64,000 nt of DNA, taken from Octopus vulgaris. Its lineage: Eukaryota. The position numbers and the translations under genes were made by a program. Positions within the stretch are counted from its first letter, which is position 1. Each line of letters opens with the position of its first letter. The notes below the pieces were generated by a model that saw nothing but the letters and a program-made list of their open reading frames with translations, searched no databases and had not been told where the DNA came from. Below, in pieces: positions 13,643 to 27,291 of the stretch. The DNA is taken from contig OX597841.1 of NCBI GenBank assembly GCA_951406725.2, forward strand, positions 18,228,001 to 18,292,000, read 5' to 3'.

Positions 13643-13998
13643 TCTTTATATATAAAAGAGAGGTTGTGTGTCTGTCTGTCTCCTACGATTTAGATCCCTA
13701 ACTACTCCCACATTTTGCGGTGCAGTTTAACCAAAACCGGGTATCTTATAGTCGTGATTCATATCGAGCCCTTCTGGGTATTAGCGCACGTCTACGATGA
13801 GGCTACGATTTAAAAAAAAATTTACCATAAATTTTTCCCATTTTTAATGCATTTTTTCCCTATTATATAAGGGAAGTAACTCTCTAGAGAATTATTATTA
13901 AATCTCAGAACGTAAAAAGCTACAGTAACACCCCCTCCCTTTGTGCTTATATAGTTATTTCCCTTACAAACCCGAGCAACGCCGGGCGATACTGCTAA
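13643..13998 (+). mobile_element. Non-autonomous Helitron-like element
   Basis: 5' TC start, subterminal cccg..cggg hairpin, CTAA end (CTAG in the other copies). Closely matches 27524-27825 in reverse. Confidence 0.6.
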
Positions 13999-16066
13999 TT
14001 ACTAATAATTTTACTGACACTCCTTAATTACTTATTTCTTCATCGCAATTATTTTCGTTAGTAATTAATTTGGGTTTAACACTAAGTATGGTTAAGTAAA
14101 CTGAATAACATAAATTTATGTTACATATTATAAACAGACATCAGAGTACACCCTTCCAACACGATTGTATCTGAGTACTTTTGTGGTTTTGAAGTACAAC
14201 ATTTTAAATGTGAGATCTTATAAATATATATATATGTGGTTTGAATGCAAGTTGACCGCATTCCAAAAATTCTTTTGTATGGTCAACAAGTGGAGGGATA
14301 TTGCAGTTAAAGGTAGACTTGCCCTTAGGTATAAGGATAAGTTGAAGCAATTACTAAAATTTCTACAGCTCAACTTGACATCTTAGGAAACTCTATTGCC
14401 CAGACCAATTTGCATGGTGTAAAATGTGTCACGATGCATCACAACAATTTGAGTTGAGGAAAAAGAACAATAAAAGAATTCTATCCTGCAATCACCAGAA
14501 AACCCAATCCCAGGCAAAATCAAATTCTTCAGTGTCTCCATTGTGGTTTCATAGTAAAATCCATTCCTCAACTCAAATTACAGTCAGGCATCCAATTACT
14601 TGCAGATTTTTTCCTTCTTTCTTTTCTTTTTTCTTTAAATCTTCTCCTTCAAACACTCAAGTCGAAATTGATGGGAGCAGAGACTATCACATATATATAT
14701 ATATAGGCGTGGCTTCTTTCAGTTTCCGTCTACCAAATCCACTCACAAGGCATTGGTCGGCCCGGGGCTATAGCAGAAGACACCTGCCCAAGATGCCACG
14801 CAGTGGGACTGAACCCGGAACCATGTGGTTGGTTAGCAAGCTACTTACCACACAGCCACTCCTGCGCCTATATATATATATATATATACATGGTAATGGT
14901 TTTATGTTTGGGTATTCACCCTGCAGTATGCTGTTTAAAGCCCATTCACAGTATTTGGCTACCTGATGTCAACAAGAATATGGAGGTATATGCCACTGGA
15001 CTTACTTCAGGAGTTCCTTTGTGTCTGTGGAATTTATAAAATATGACAAAGAATTCATGAGATTTTTATTATTCACTACAACTGCTTTGACCCATCCTCC
15101 ACTGGTGCCTCACAGGTGAGATGCTATGCAAACAGTTCTGGTGCATTGAATAATAAAGAATCTCATGTATTCCATTTACCTTCTCTCATATTCATATACC
15201 TAGATACATTAATTAATTTGAGGTAAAAAGGAGCCAAATTGATGTTACAAACGTTTCTATAAATAAACCATGCTTATTATGCAATATATACAACATAGGT
15301 GACAGCGTTAATGTTCATTCACTTCTTCAGTCAAGTTAATTATTATTCGCTCTGTGACCCTTCTTGATATGCTAGATCATTCTTTGGATTTGCCAAGTGC
15401 TCCTTTTTTATCCTTAACTTAAATATAACTGACCTTTGTTTGGTTATTGCAATACTTTGCTTGCCAGGTTCCTACATGAGGTGAATGCATGGATTGTACC
15501 TAACTCTTCGAGCCATGAAAAATAATACTCACTACATTAAGTAAAGTTTATAAATTTGTGCAAATCTGGTGATTCATTCAGTCTCTACTCTGAGTTTTGT
15601 GCATTATACATTTATTCCACATATATGTGTGTGTATGTGTGTGTGTGTGTGTATATATATATACACACACAGGAAGGGCATCCAGCTGTAGAAACACTGC
15701 CAGATCTGACTGGCCTGGTGTAGCCTTCGGGCTTGCCAGACCCCAGTTGAACCGTCCAACCCATGCTAGCATGGAAAGCGGACGTTAAACGATGATGATG
15801 ATGATGATGATATATATAATTGATATAGGATAAAACTTTTTTCGGGAAAAAATTTTTATCAATGGCCAGCATATCAAAAAATGCCTTTAAAGGTAAAATT
15901 TATACATAATTTACAAGATAAGGGCAGAAGAAAAATTCTAATGCCAGATACGCCGAAACAAAAAATTGTCGATAACCATTAAATTTATGCGTCTCGAAAC
16001 AAACCGATAGAAATCTCTAAAAAATTTGTTATTACCGTATTGGTCCAATTTCTTCTGCCCTTATCT

Positions 16067-16120
<54 letters not shown>

Positions 16121-16731
16121 TCTGATCAAAATATTCTACAGGTTTTATGTTGAAACCAGCCAGAAGCAACCTCTCACACCTACCCTACAATGTCATTTTG
16201 GAAATAAAGAATGACATCATGAAAATCTCAAAGCTACAAGATAAAGCCTGATTAATTGAAAACAATGTGATTAAATGAGAATTACATCTGACTGAGTAAT
16301 CTGAATGCTAAAGGGTTAACTGGCCAAAACTTCAAAGTCACTATCAATAATATTCTTGTTTAACACTCATAAACATGTGTTTGTGTGAGTATGTGTATAT
16401 ATACATACATACATACACGTGCTTATATCGAACAATAAGAACAAGTGCTCAACACTGCATTGGGTAAAGCTGCAAAGTGTGCGTCTGTGAATATGTGTTT
16501 GCGTGTGGACGAAATCAAGGTGAAATTTTAAACTGAAAAAATGAAAATAGGCACAAAATATCCACCACCCAACTAATAAATTATATACAAAAAAGAGAGA
16601 ATGAAGTAGAATTCAAAGACAGAATGTGAAAACAGTTGAAGATTGCCTCTCCCCCCATGGTTACCCATCCTTAAAAATGGAACAAAAGAACTGCTGCTGT
16701 AGGAGGAATGTCTGTGTGTTGGGTGTCTTAC

Positions 16732-16854
16732 CTGCGTCACAAACTTGGTTGTAGTGTCACTTAACATCTTTAACATTGGTGTGGCGTGGGCGTAAAATAG
16801 TGACATCCGATTAGCCGTTTCATTAGACACTTCAGTTTCACCAGCCTCACCATC
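16732..16854 (-). CDS. CYRI: CYRI/FAM49 coding exon 6 ([41 protein letters not shown])
   Basis: [23 protein letters not shown] motif. tggcag/gtaaga, 123 nt, phase 0. Downstream exons not found in the window. Confidence 0.96.
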
Positions 16855-18103
16855 CTGCCAAGTAGAAATACATCTTCTTTTATTCTTTTCTCCTTTCTTT
16901 CACTTGCTTCAGTCATTTGACTGCAGCCATGCTGGAGCACCACCTTAACCCTTACTGTTTAAACTGGCCATATCCGGCCAAAATATGCTCCCTCTTTTAT
17001 GTTCAAACCAGTCAGATATGGTCATTCATAGCCACCTAATTGTGTCATTTTAAAAAGAAACAATCACATCATTGAAATCTCAAAGCCATGAAATGATGCA
17101 AGATTAATTTTACATGGTGTGAATATATAAGCTTTACATTTGACAGAATAATCTGAATGCTAAAGGGTTAAGGGTTTTTTGTCAAACAAATCAACCTCAA
17201 GACTTATTCTTTGTAAGCCGAGTACTTAATTTATTGATTTCTTTTGCCAAACAGCTAAGTTATAGGTATGTAAACACACCAACATCAGTTGTCAAGCAAT
17301 GGTGAGGAGGACAAACATGTATACAACAGGCTTCTATCATTTTCTGTCTACCAAATTCACTTACAAAGCTTTGCTTGGCCCGAGACTATAGTAGAAGACA
17401 CTTGCCCAAGATGCCATACAGTGGGATTGAACCCAGACCCATGAGGTTGGGAAGCAAGCTTCTTACCACACAGCACGCCTGCACCTATATATATACACAC
17501 ATACATACATACAAAGTGTGGGGGTTTGGGTTACAGGTGATCTAAACGATTAGGTAAGCTAGGTAAGTGCTGTGACGGACTATTCCAAGGTTATAGCTGA
17601 GACGATAGTTATGGAGTCATTGCAGGTTTATGATGCAGTGGATATAAAATTGTTAAAGAGGACAACAGACATTAAGGCAAGCATCTCAAGTCATATAAAA
17701 TATTATTATTATTGGGAAAAATTACAAAAAATAAGTCCTAGGGTCAAAGCTGTTTCTGGGATATCCCCGAGTATGGGATGTTCTGTCATCAGAGAGAGAT
17801 AGGGGAAATTAGAATGGTATATATTAATGAGATGACAACAAAGAGGAAGGGAGTAAAAGAATAAGGAAATGGAAAGGAAGGAAAAATGAAGGAAAAAAAT
17901 GAAGAAAAAATGAAGGAAAAACGAAGGAAAAAAAAGAAGGAAAATGAAAAACAAAGAAGGAAAAATGAAGGAAAAATGGAAAAAATGAAGAAAAAAAAGA
18001 AGGAAAAATGAAGGAAAAAAAGGAAAAATGAAAAAAAAGAAGAAAAATGAAGGAAAAAATGAAGGAAAAAAAAGGAAAAATGAAACATAAAAGTTCATAG
18101 AAA

Positions 18104-19701
18104 GAAGAGCATGAGTCCTTAGGTCCAAGGAGAAAGAAGAGCATGAGCCCTTAGGTGCAAGGAGAAAGAAGAGCATGAGTCCTTAGGTGCAAGGAGAAAG
18201 AAGAGCGTGAGTCCTTAGGTGCAAGGAGAAAGAAGAGCGTGAGTCCTTAGGTGCAAGGAGAAAGAAGAGCGTGAGTCCTTAGGTGCAAGGAGAAAGAAGA
18301 GCGTGAGTCCTTAGGTGCAAGGAGGAAGAAGAGCGTGAGTCCTTAGGTGCAAGGAGAAAGAAGAGCGTGAGTCCTTAGGTGCAAGGAGAAAGAAGAGCGT
18401 GAGTCCTTAGGTGCAAGGAGAAAGAAGAGCATGAGTCCTTAGGTGCAAGGAGAAAGAAGAGCATGAGTCCTTAGGTGCAAGGAGAAAGAAGAGCATGAGT
18501 CCTTAGGTGCAAAGGAGAAAGAAGAGCATGAGTCCTTAGGTGCAAGGAGAAAGAAGAGCATGAGTCCTTAGGTGCAAGGAGAAAGAAGAGCATGAGTCCT
18601 TAGGTGCAAGGAGAAAGAAGAGCATGAGTCCTTAGGTGCAAGGAGAAAGAAGAGCATGAGTCCTTAGGTGCAAGGAGAAAGAAGAGCATGAGTCCTTAGG
18701 TGCAAGGAGAAAGAAGAGCATGAGTCCTTAGGTGCAAGGAGAAAGAAGAGCATGAGTCCTTAGGTGCAAGGAGAAAGAAGAGCATGAGTCCTTAGGTGCA
18801 AGGAGAAAGTAGAGCATGAGTCCTTAGGTGCAAGGAGAAAGAAGAGCATGAGTCCTTAGGTGCAAGGAGAAAGAAGAGCATGAGTCCTTAGGTGCAAGGA
18901 GAAAGAAGAGCATGAGTCCTTAGGTGCAAGGAGAAAGAAGAGCATGAGTCCTTAGGTGCAAAGAGAAAGAAGAGCGTGAGTCCTTAGGTGCAAGGAGAAA
19001 GAAGAGCGTGAGTCCTTAGGTGCAAAGAGAAAGAAGAGCGTGAGTCCTTAGGTGCAAGGAGAAAGAAGAGCGTGAGTCCTTAGGTGCAAGGAGAAAGAAG
19101 AGCGTGAGTCCTTAGGTGCAAGGAGAAAGAAGAGCGTGAGTCCTTAGGTGCAAAGAGAAAGAAGAGCGTGAGTCCTTAGGTGCAAAGAGAAAGAAGAGCG
19201 TGAGTCCTTAGGTGCAAAGAGAAAGAAGAGCGTGAGTCCTTAGGTGCAAAGAGAAAGAAGAGCGTGAGTCCTTAGGTGCAAAGAGAAAGAAGAGCGTGAG
19301 TCCTTAGGTGCAATGAGAAAGAAGAGCGTGAGTCCTTAGGTGCAAGGAGAAAGAAGAGCGTGAGTCCTTAGGTGCAAAGAGAAAGAAGAGCATGAGTCCT
19401 TAGGTGCAAAGGAGAAAGAAGAGCATGAGTCCTTCGGTGCAAGGAGAAAGAAGAGCATGAGTCCTTAGGTGCAAGGAGAAAGAAGAGCATGAGTCCTTAG
19501 GTGCAAGGAGAAAGAAGAGCATGAGTATGCCACAAACAAGAGGAGACCAAGGACAGATCCCTGTGGTACACCCGATGACATCTCATATGGTGTAGAATGC
19601 TGTCCTAGAAGAGCATGAGTCCTTAGGTGCAAAGAGAAAGAAGAGCATGAGTCCTTAGGTGCAAGGAGAAAGAAGAGCATGAGTCCTTAGGTGCAAGGAG
19701 A
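18104..19701. repeat. 32-bp minisatellite, roughly 47 units (gagaaagaagagcRtgagtccttaggtgcaaR)
   Basis: Period 32 read directly (ccttagg at 18181 and 18213). Interrupted at 19527-19606. Confidence 0.97.
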
Positions 19702-20489
19702 ACTTGAGATGTTTGTGTTGCCTAAATGTTTGTTGTCCTCTTTAACAATTATAGAGAGAGAGAGACATCTTCATCATCAGCATCATTTTACAGTTCACTC
19801 TTCCTTGCTTGCATGGGTTGGAGAGTATTCGTGGTCTTAGCATTCCTCACCAGTTTCAGAGCAAGGTTATATTTGCCCACAGCCAGATATATTTTCCAAG
19901 GAAGAATGGAAATGAAGGATAATGCTTGTAGGAGGGTGACACTCATTTATAACAATCTCACCTCCCGTTGAAACGAGGCCACAATAAAATACATACACAT
20001 ACAGGTGTAGCTGTATGGTAAAACACTTGCTTCCCTATCACATGGTTCCGGGTTCAGTCCCGCTGCGTGGCACCCTGGGAAAGTGTCTTCTACTATAGCC
20101 TCAGACTGACCAAAGCCTTCTGAGTGGATTTGGTAGATGGAAACTGAAAGAAACCCATCATATATATATGTGTGTGTGTCTTTCTTTGTTCCACCACCAC
20201 CACCACCACCACCACCACCATTGCTTGACAACTGATGTTGGTGTGTTTCTGTCACTGTAACTTAGCAGTTCAGCAAAAGGGACGACAGAATAAGTACTAG
20301 GCTTACAAAAAATAAGTTCTAGGGTCAATTTCTTCAACTAAAAAAACCCTTAAAGGCAGGGCTCCAGCATTGCCACAGTCAAAAGAATATGCATCTACAT
20401 CAATGAAGTGTGTGGAAGAAGCCCAACGTTTCCCTAAGGATCAAAATCTTTTTTTCCCCCTCACTGACTGGTTTTGCCCGTCCCCTGCA

Positions 20490-20860
20490 GTACTGATACC
20501 TGGAACATCCTCAAACAGAACCTGAACAAGCTTGTTCCAAATGCAGTGTCTTCCTCAGATCCTTGGTATCTCCCTACATGACCAAATCTCAAACAACAAC
20601 TTCCAAGGACAACCATTGGAGACCAAGACTGGCAGGATGAGCCCTGGAGGCAACCTTTGTGGTGGCAGCAACCCACACAACTGGAGAATCCAGCACAGGG
20701 CACCAAAGAAGAAGAAATATGGTCAACAAATCGAGGAAGGCTTGGAAGACCTAAAGTCACGTTGACCTGAAGGATGCAAAGACCAGGGCCATGGATTGGA
20801 AAGTATGGAATAATATCATCATCAGAGTCCATTGTATGGTGGCACCCACAGCAGTGGGTT
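20490..20860 (+). mobile_element. Highly decayed RTE-like LINE fragment
   Basis: CLPQILGISLHDQISN resembles the RTE C-terminal CLR.ILGI.W.D.I.N motif. Frames are broken. Confidence 0.4.
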
Positions 20861-20959
20861 GAAAGGACAGCCTTGCCCTCCAGTTGCCAGCTAGGGATCT
20901 CACTACTTGTGGGTTGAGCTGACTGCTAATTGACAACCTCCACAGCATCTCATTCTTGC

Positions 20960-21293
20960 TCACAACATCATAAGCGGAAAGTGTAACCTCTCGAAAGAGC
21001 TGTTCTTCACTCCTGCTCCAGAGCGTCTGCTGCGGGGTCATTCCGAAAAGCTCTATTTGCGACGATTTCATCTCAATCGAAGGAGAGGGGCTTTCTCCGT
21101 CCGGGTTGCGGATCCGTGGAATAAGCTGCCGGACGAGATGGTGAAGATGCCAACAACCGCTCAGTTCAAAGTCTCCCTTGACCGCAAGTGGCCTGAACTC
21201 TTTACATGAACACCACCCTGTACATAACTCCATGTCCCCCTACATGGCCTTGCTTTTTGCTTTTTGAGCCAAAAAATTTACTAACTAACTAAC
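20960..21293 (+). mobile_element. CR1-like LINE 3' fragment with (CTAA)n tail
   Basis: Reads LRGHSEKLYLRRFHLNRRRGAFSVRVADPWNKLPDEMV..FKVSLD*, followed by a short UTR and actaactaactaac. Confidence 0.8.
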
Positions 21294-21441
21294 GAACAGA
21301 AGCTGACCATGTTCTGTAATTACAAATATCTAATGTAGAGGTCGTGAAAGACTTGCAGATCTAACAGCACACATCATATACGTAAGAACCAGACATTAAG
21401 TCAATATCTAACCGCAATTGCGACCCCTGCAAAAATCTCAC

Positions 21442-21516
21442 CTCATTCGTCATCCTCTGACGACTAACTGTTCTTCTGTAATAGCTGAAGTCATTCTGAA
21501 TAGCTGGAGTGGTCAT
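21442..21516 (-). CDS. CYRI: CYRI/FAM49 coding exon 5 (MTTPAIQNDFSYYRRTVSRQRMTNE)
   Basis: PAIQNDFSYYRRT signature containing the Rac1-binding RR. tttacag/gtgaga, 75 nt. Confidence 0.97.
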
Positions 21517-24500
21517 CTGTAAATATAGAGAAATATATTTATAAGCATCAGTCGTTGTATGGCTGAAGTGTCCATGCACAGACACACAGACATCAACTGA
21601 TTTGACATTTCGATTTTAGTTCTTGATCAAGTAGTTTATTTAAAGTAATGAATCTTGCACTAATTATACATTAATTAACTATCTAATGATCAAGGAAAGC
21701 AAAGAAGACATGGGATGAAGTACTGAAGGCCAATCACAAAACGCTGGACCTGACAAAGGAGAGGATGGAGGGCCAAGATATGTGGCACATTGCCATACTT
21801 GCCCACCACAACAGAATGGAGATCCTAAAACCAAGGTGCCACATGAAAGGCATTGGTGTGGGTGCTAGTGACACATGGAAAGCACTGGTGATGGTTCCAC
21901 TTCAGCACCCAGTGCATTCTGTAAGGTGGTTGGCGTTAGGGAGAGCATCCATCCATAGACACCAAGCCAAAGCGGACAATCGGAGCCTGGAGCAGCTCCT
22001 GGACTTACCAGTTCCTGTCAAGCCATCCAACCCATGCAAGCACGGAAAACGGAGGCTAGATGATGATGATGATGATGATGATGATGAGGGGTTACAGCAT
22101 AAGGGAAGGAGCCAGAGCAGATCATGTTTCTTGCTGTAGAAGAAGAACAACAACATGCTTTCTCAAATCTTAAAAGAGAGGATGGAGACGACCAATCAGG
22201 TTGGAGCTGGGAAGAGAGAAACCGAGTGGTGATGAGATGTCATGGTTGGAGGGGCAAAGTAGAGGCTGAGCCGAAACGAGATGGAACTGAAGATAAAAGA
22301 ATGTGGGGGGGGGAAAGAGGTTGCAAGAGGGTTTGGCGGGAGGGGTGTGACTATAATGAGTGGAGAACAGGTACCAAGGGGTGGATAAAGAGGTAGAGAC
22401 CAATGAAATATGTGAGTGAAAGGCAAAGCAATACTAGTATAGAGATACAGTGGTGAAAGAGAAGGATAAGGGATGAGGGAGAGAGAGAGAGATGATGTGT
22501 AGTTTGTATAGGTAGCCAGAGTGTGGGGACGGGGGAGAGTGAAACGTACAGTGGTAGAGAAGGAGATAATTTGGTGGGTCAGAGGGAAAGAATGATCAAT
22601 GTAAAATGTGGATGGAGAGAACAGCGAAAGGATTAATGGTGGATATCAAGTGGAATGGTTGTGGGCAGTTGAGAAAAACGAGTCAGATGAAGGAGAAGCT
22701 GCAGGTACAAAGATGATGGGGGAACTCATACATCGATACACCAAATTATCTCTCCTCCCCTACCACCATTCCATTCACTGAACCTTTCAAAGGAGATGAC
22801 AAAGCATCAAGATATCTAGTGGAGGTGTCTTAATAGGGAAATTGGGCAAAGGGACCAGTTGTGTGTGTGTGTCTGTGTGTATTGTCATCGTCATCTTTTA
22901 ACATCTGTTTTTCATGCTGGCATGGGTTGGACGGTTTGACCAGAGCTGGCAAGCAGAAGAGCTGCACCAGGTTCCAGTCTGGTTTGGCCCTTTCTATGGC
23001 TGGATGTCCTTCCTAATGCCAACCATTTTTTACAGAGTTTGTTGAGTGGTTTTAATGTGACACTGGCACGAGCACTTTTACGTGGCACTGACTCTTGCAG
23101 GCCAACCCTTTTCATCAGCAGGGAACGGCCTTAACACTTCTGCGCCAGATACCTCGGTCCTTTGTCACCTCACCTGAAAGGTTCAGTGAATGGGGAGGGA
23201 GAGAGAGAGAGAGAGAGAGAGAGACGTATGGTGGTAGAGAAGGAGATAATTTGGAGGCCCATACATGTATGTGTATACATACACAGTGTCTAGAACTTAG
23301 TTTTACCAATTTCAGAAGGTCTTTTCAAGTTCCTATTGCCAGTTCTCCCCATCCTTTGTCATCACCTCTATAGAGTTCCAGACCCGGAGATCAGCCTCCA
23401 TCACCTCACTCAATGCCATCCTAAGTGAGCAGCATTTCTTTATACAGTTACCCTCATCCATATGAATACATATACACATAGACTCACAGACAGACAATGT
23501 TGCCAAACTGTTAATGTTATCAAATGTACAGGTCCTGAAGAACACATTTCTAAATATTGCTGCATCCTCTGCAATTATCAATTACCATTCCAAAGTCTTC
23601 ACAACAAACTGCTTCCACTCTGTGTCTAACCCTGTATAAATAGAGGTCAGCCAGGGAACAGGAAAGAGCTGCTTGACCCCATCGAGAGGTCACAACTTCA
23701 ATACTACAGACATGTGATTAGAATATAGTGGGGACATAATTGCAAAATGGATCCTCCAAGAGAAGCCAAAAAGCAGGAGAACAAGACTAGCAGTCACAGA
23801 TGGTCCTGCTAGGGAAGCTAGCAAGAAAGTCTAGTGATGACTGCTTCTGCTAGGACCCCATGAAAGTTTCTACCCCACCCAGGAATATGGACTGAGATAA
23901 CACACACATCCATATTCCTTTCTACTATAGGCACAAGGCCTGAAATTTGGATCGACCCCAGTGCGTAACTGGTATTTAATTTATCGACCCTGAAAGGATG
24001 AAAGGCAAAGTTGACCTCGGCGAAATTTGAACTCAGAACGTAGCAACGGGTGAAATACTTATTTCTTTATTACCCACAAGGGGCTAAACACAGAGGGGAC
24101 AAACAAGGACAGACATAGGTATTAAGTCGATTACATTGACCCCAAAAGGATGAAAGGCAAAGTTGACCTCGGCGAAATTTGAACCCAGAACGTAGCAACG
24201 GGCGAAATACCGCTAAGCACTTTGTCCAGTGCGCTAACAATTCTGCCAGCTCGCTACCTTACTCTCATCCATATTGGTGGCATGTAAGAAGCAACCATTA
24301 CGGTCTCAGAGTGGTTGGCATTAGGAAGGGCATCCAGCCGTAGAAACCAAGGCAAAATCAGATTGGAACCTGGTGCAGCTCTCCAGTTTACCAGTGTCAG
24401 TCAAACCGTCCAACCCATGCCAGCATGGAAAGCGGATGTTAAATGATGATGATGATGTTGATGATAATAATGGATGAATCATCATTTAACATCTGTTTTC

Positions 24501-25082
24501 CCTGCTGGAATGGGTTGGACGGTTTGATGGGAGCAGGTAAACCAGTTCAGCTGCACCAGGCCCCACCTGTCTGTTTTCCTTTGGTTTCTATGGCTGGTGG
24601 CCCTTCCTAATGCCAACCACTTTACAAAGTGAACTGGGTGTATATCAAGAGTTACTGATACGGATGCCTTTTACATGTTACTGGCACAGGTGCCTCTCGT
24701 GTGTCACTGGCACAGGTGCCTCTCGTGTGTCACTGGCACAGGTGCCTCTCGTGTGTCACTGGCACATGTGCCTTTCACGTGTCACCAGCACTGGCCACAA
24801 CCACAATGAGGAATATCCTTTATGTTTTTTTGTTATCTTGCCCCTGTTTCACTCATTTGACTGCAGCTATGTTGGGGCACCATCTTGAGATGTGTTTAGT
24901 TGACTGGGCTTTTTAAAGCCTGGTACTTATTCTATTGGTCTCTTTTGCCCGACTGCTAAGTTACGGGGACATAAACACACCAACACTGGTTGTCAAGTGA
25001 TAGTAGTGGGGACAAACACAAACATAGATGGTAGGTGGACAGATTAATGGGGAGGCAGGTAGACTTTAGAAATATAGTGAAA

Positions 25083-25500
25083 TGGGCAGCGAGCTGGCAG
25101 AAATGTTAGCATTCCGGGCGAAATGCGTAGCCATATTTCATCTGCCATTAGGTTCTGAGTTCAAATTCCACCCAGGTCGACTTAGCCTTTCATCCTTTTG
25201 GGGTTGATTAAATAAGTACCAATTACGCACTGGGGTCGATATAATTGACTTAATCCGTTTGTCTGTCCTTGTTTGTCCCCTCTGTGTTGAACCCCTTGTG
25301 GGTAGTAAAGAAATAGGTATTTCGTCTGCTGCTACGTTCTGAGTTCAAATTCCACCCAGGTCGTCTTTGGCTTTCATCCTTTCAGGGTCGATAAATTAAG
25401 TACCAGTTACACACTGGGGTCAGTGTAATCGACTTCATCCGTTTGTCTGTCCTTGTTTGTCCCCTCTGTGTTTAGCCCCTTGTGGGTAGTAAAGAAATAG
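25083..25500 (+). mobile_element. SINE with duplicated body, ~50 bp from the exon 4 donor
   Basis: Same family as 58491. TSD agaaatatagtgaaa on both sides. Confidence 0.8.
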
Positions 25501-25551
25501 AAATATAGTGAAACAAAATAGAAATTTTAAATAAAATGCTATGTTACCAAC

Positions 25552-25688
25552 CTTGTAATCATCAAACTTCAGCACAAAATCCAGGATCTCTGCAAACTGT
25601 TTGAAGAGGGCCTGTTGGGTTTCTAAATGTTGTCGTGAGGTCATGTTCGAAGAACATAATTCTCGAAGTAAGGTTGGTATGACATTCT
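25552..25688 (-). CDS. CYRI: CYRI/FAM49 coding exon 4 (ENVIPTLLRELC...QHLETQQALFKQFAEILDFVLKFDDYK)
   Basis: QHLE..QAL.KQFAEIL.F.L.FD..K motif of DUF1394. ctttcag/gttggt, 137 nt. Confidence 0.96.
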
Positions 25689-25751
25689 CTGAAAGAGTGG
25701 AACGACAAAACGGTAACAAGTGGAAGTGGGTGGTGGTACAAGTATAGGAGG

Positions 25752-25791
<40 letters not shown>

Positions 25792-26560
25792 AGAGTGTGT
25801 GTGAAAGCAGAAGTATGTTTGTATGTGTGTGCATCTGTGAAAAAGAGAGAGATATATAAAAAGACTAATCTTTTAGTATTTATGCTAAAACTGACCTGAT
25901 CCAACCTCTCACACTTACCCTGCAATGTCATTCTAATAATATGCAATCACATCATCAAAATATTGAAGCTACAAGATTAATTAAAAACAATGTGAATAAA
26001 CAAGACTGATTTGACGAAGAAATCTGACCAGTAAATGACCGAGCGTGCTTTCCTAGCTCCAGCACTTACACAGGATTTGTAGATGGAAAGTGAAAGAAGC
26101 CCATCGTACATATATCCTTTCAATCTTCAGTGAAAACAAGTCAAGTCACTGAGAAATATTCCTAGCTTGGAAAGAGGCGAGGGTTAGCAACAGGAAGAAC
26201 ATCAAACCAAAAAAAAAAATCTGTCTCAACAAAATTGAACCTGGAAAAGTGGAGATTAGAACGACGATGAAGATGCTTCCTGTCATCAGCAGCCAGCTGC
26301 ATCCTTTCCTTAATGCCAACCACTTTACAGTGGTGCTTTTTATGTAACACAAGCACGAGAGAGGAGGTCCACCATGCAACATGCAAGACTCCAAGAAGGG
26401 AAGTTTTCTTAAAGTGTAGGGAAGTTGTTGTGGAAGAGGGAGACCCAAGAAGATGTGGGATGACGTATTAAGGGCCAATCTCATAATGCTGCTGAATCTG
26501 ACAAACGAATAGCATGCTGCAGGCTCCCTCAAACAAAATAAGCCTGACCAGATATGTATA

Positions 26561-26601
<41 letters not shown>

Positions 26602-26781
26602 TACTAATATAGAATGAAGTTTTTTTCTCTACAGAAAAAAATTCCATCAAGAAATGTGGCAGCATATTAAAATACCTTTAAAGGTTAAAATTATAAACAT
26701 CTTATAAATAAGGGCTAAAAAAATTATTTCTATGCATAGAATAGACATAGAAATAATTTTCTTTTGCCCTCCTTTAAAAGT

Positions 26782-26822
<41 letters not shown>

Positions 26823-27004
26823 CCTCGTGTGTACCGTTAGCAATTTTTTTTTCCTCTGTCTTCCCTTCTCCTATGTTTCCAACAAAGAGCTCCGCTCGAA
26901 ACGTTAAATCCTCTTTCTTCCCTTCTCTTCTGAGCGTCCAATAATACTTTATTTGTTCCACGTCCTTGCGTTGCTGTGTTTTTTGTGTGTTCTTGTTTGG
27001 ATTA

Positions 27005-27055
<51 letters not shown>

Positions 27056-27291
27056 ACACACACACATACACAAAATGAGTTTCTTTCAGTTTCCCTCTAC
27101 TAAATCCACTCACAAGGCTTTGGTTAGCCCAGGGGCTATAGTATAAGACACTTTCCCAAGGAGCCACAAAAAGTGGGACTGAACCCGGAACCATGTGGTT
27201 GGGAAACAAGCTTCTTACCACACAGCCACTCCTGCATCTATCTATAAATGCATGAAAAATATACACACACACACAAAATATAAAAACTCAC

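Noticed and set aside
18104-19701. CRISPR-like array of 32-bp repeats
   Set aside because: Units are head-to-tail without unique spacers, there are no cas genes, and the context is a eukaryotic intron.
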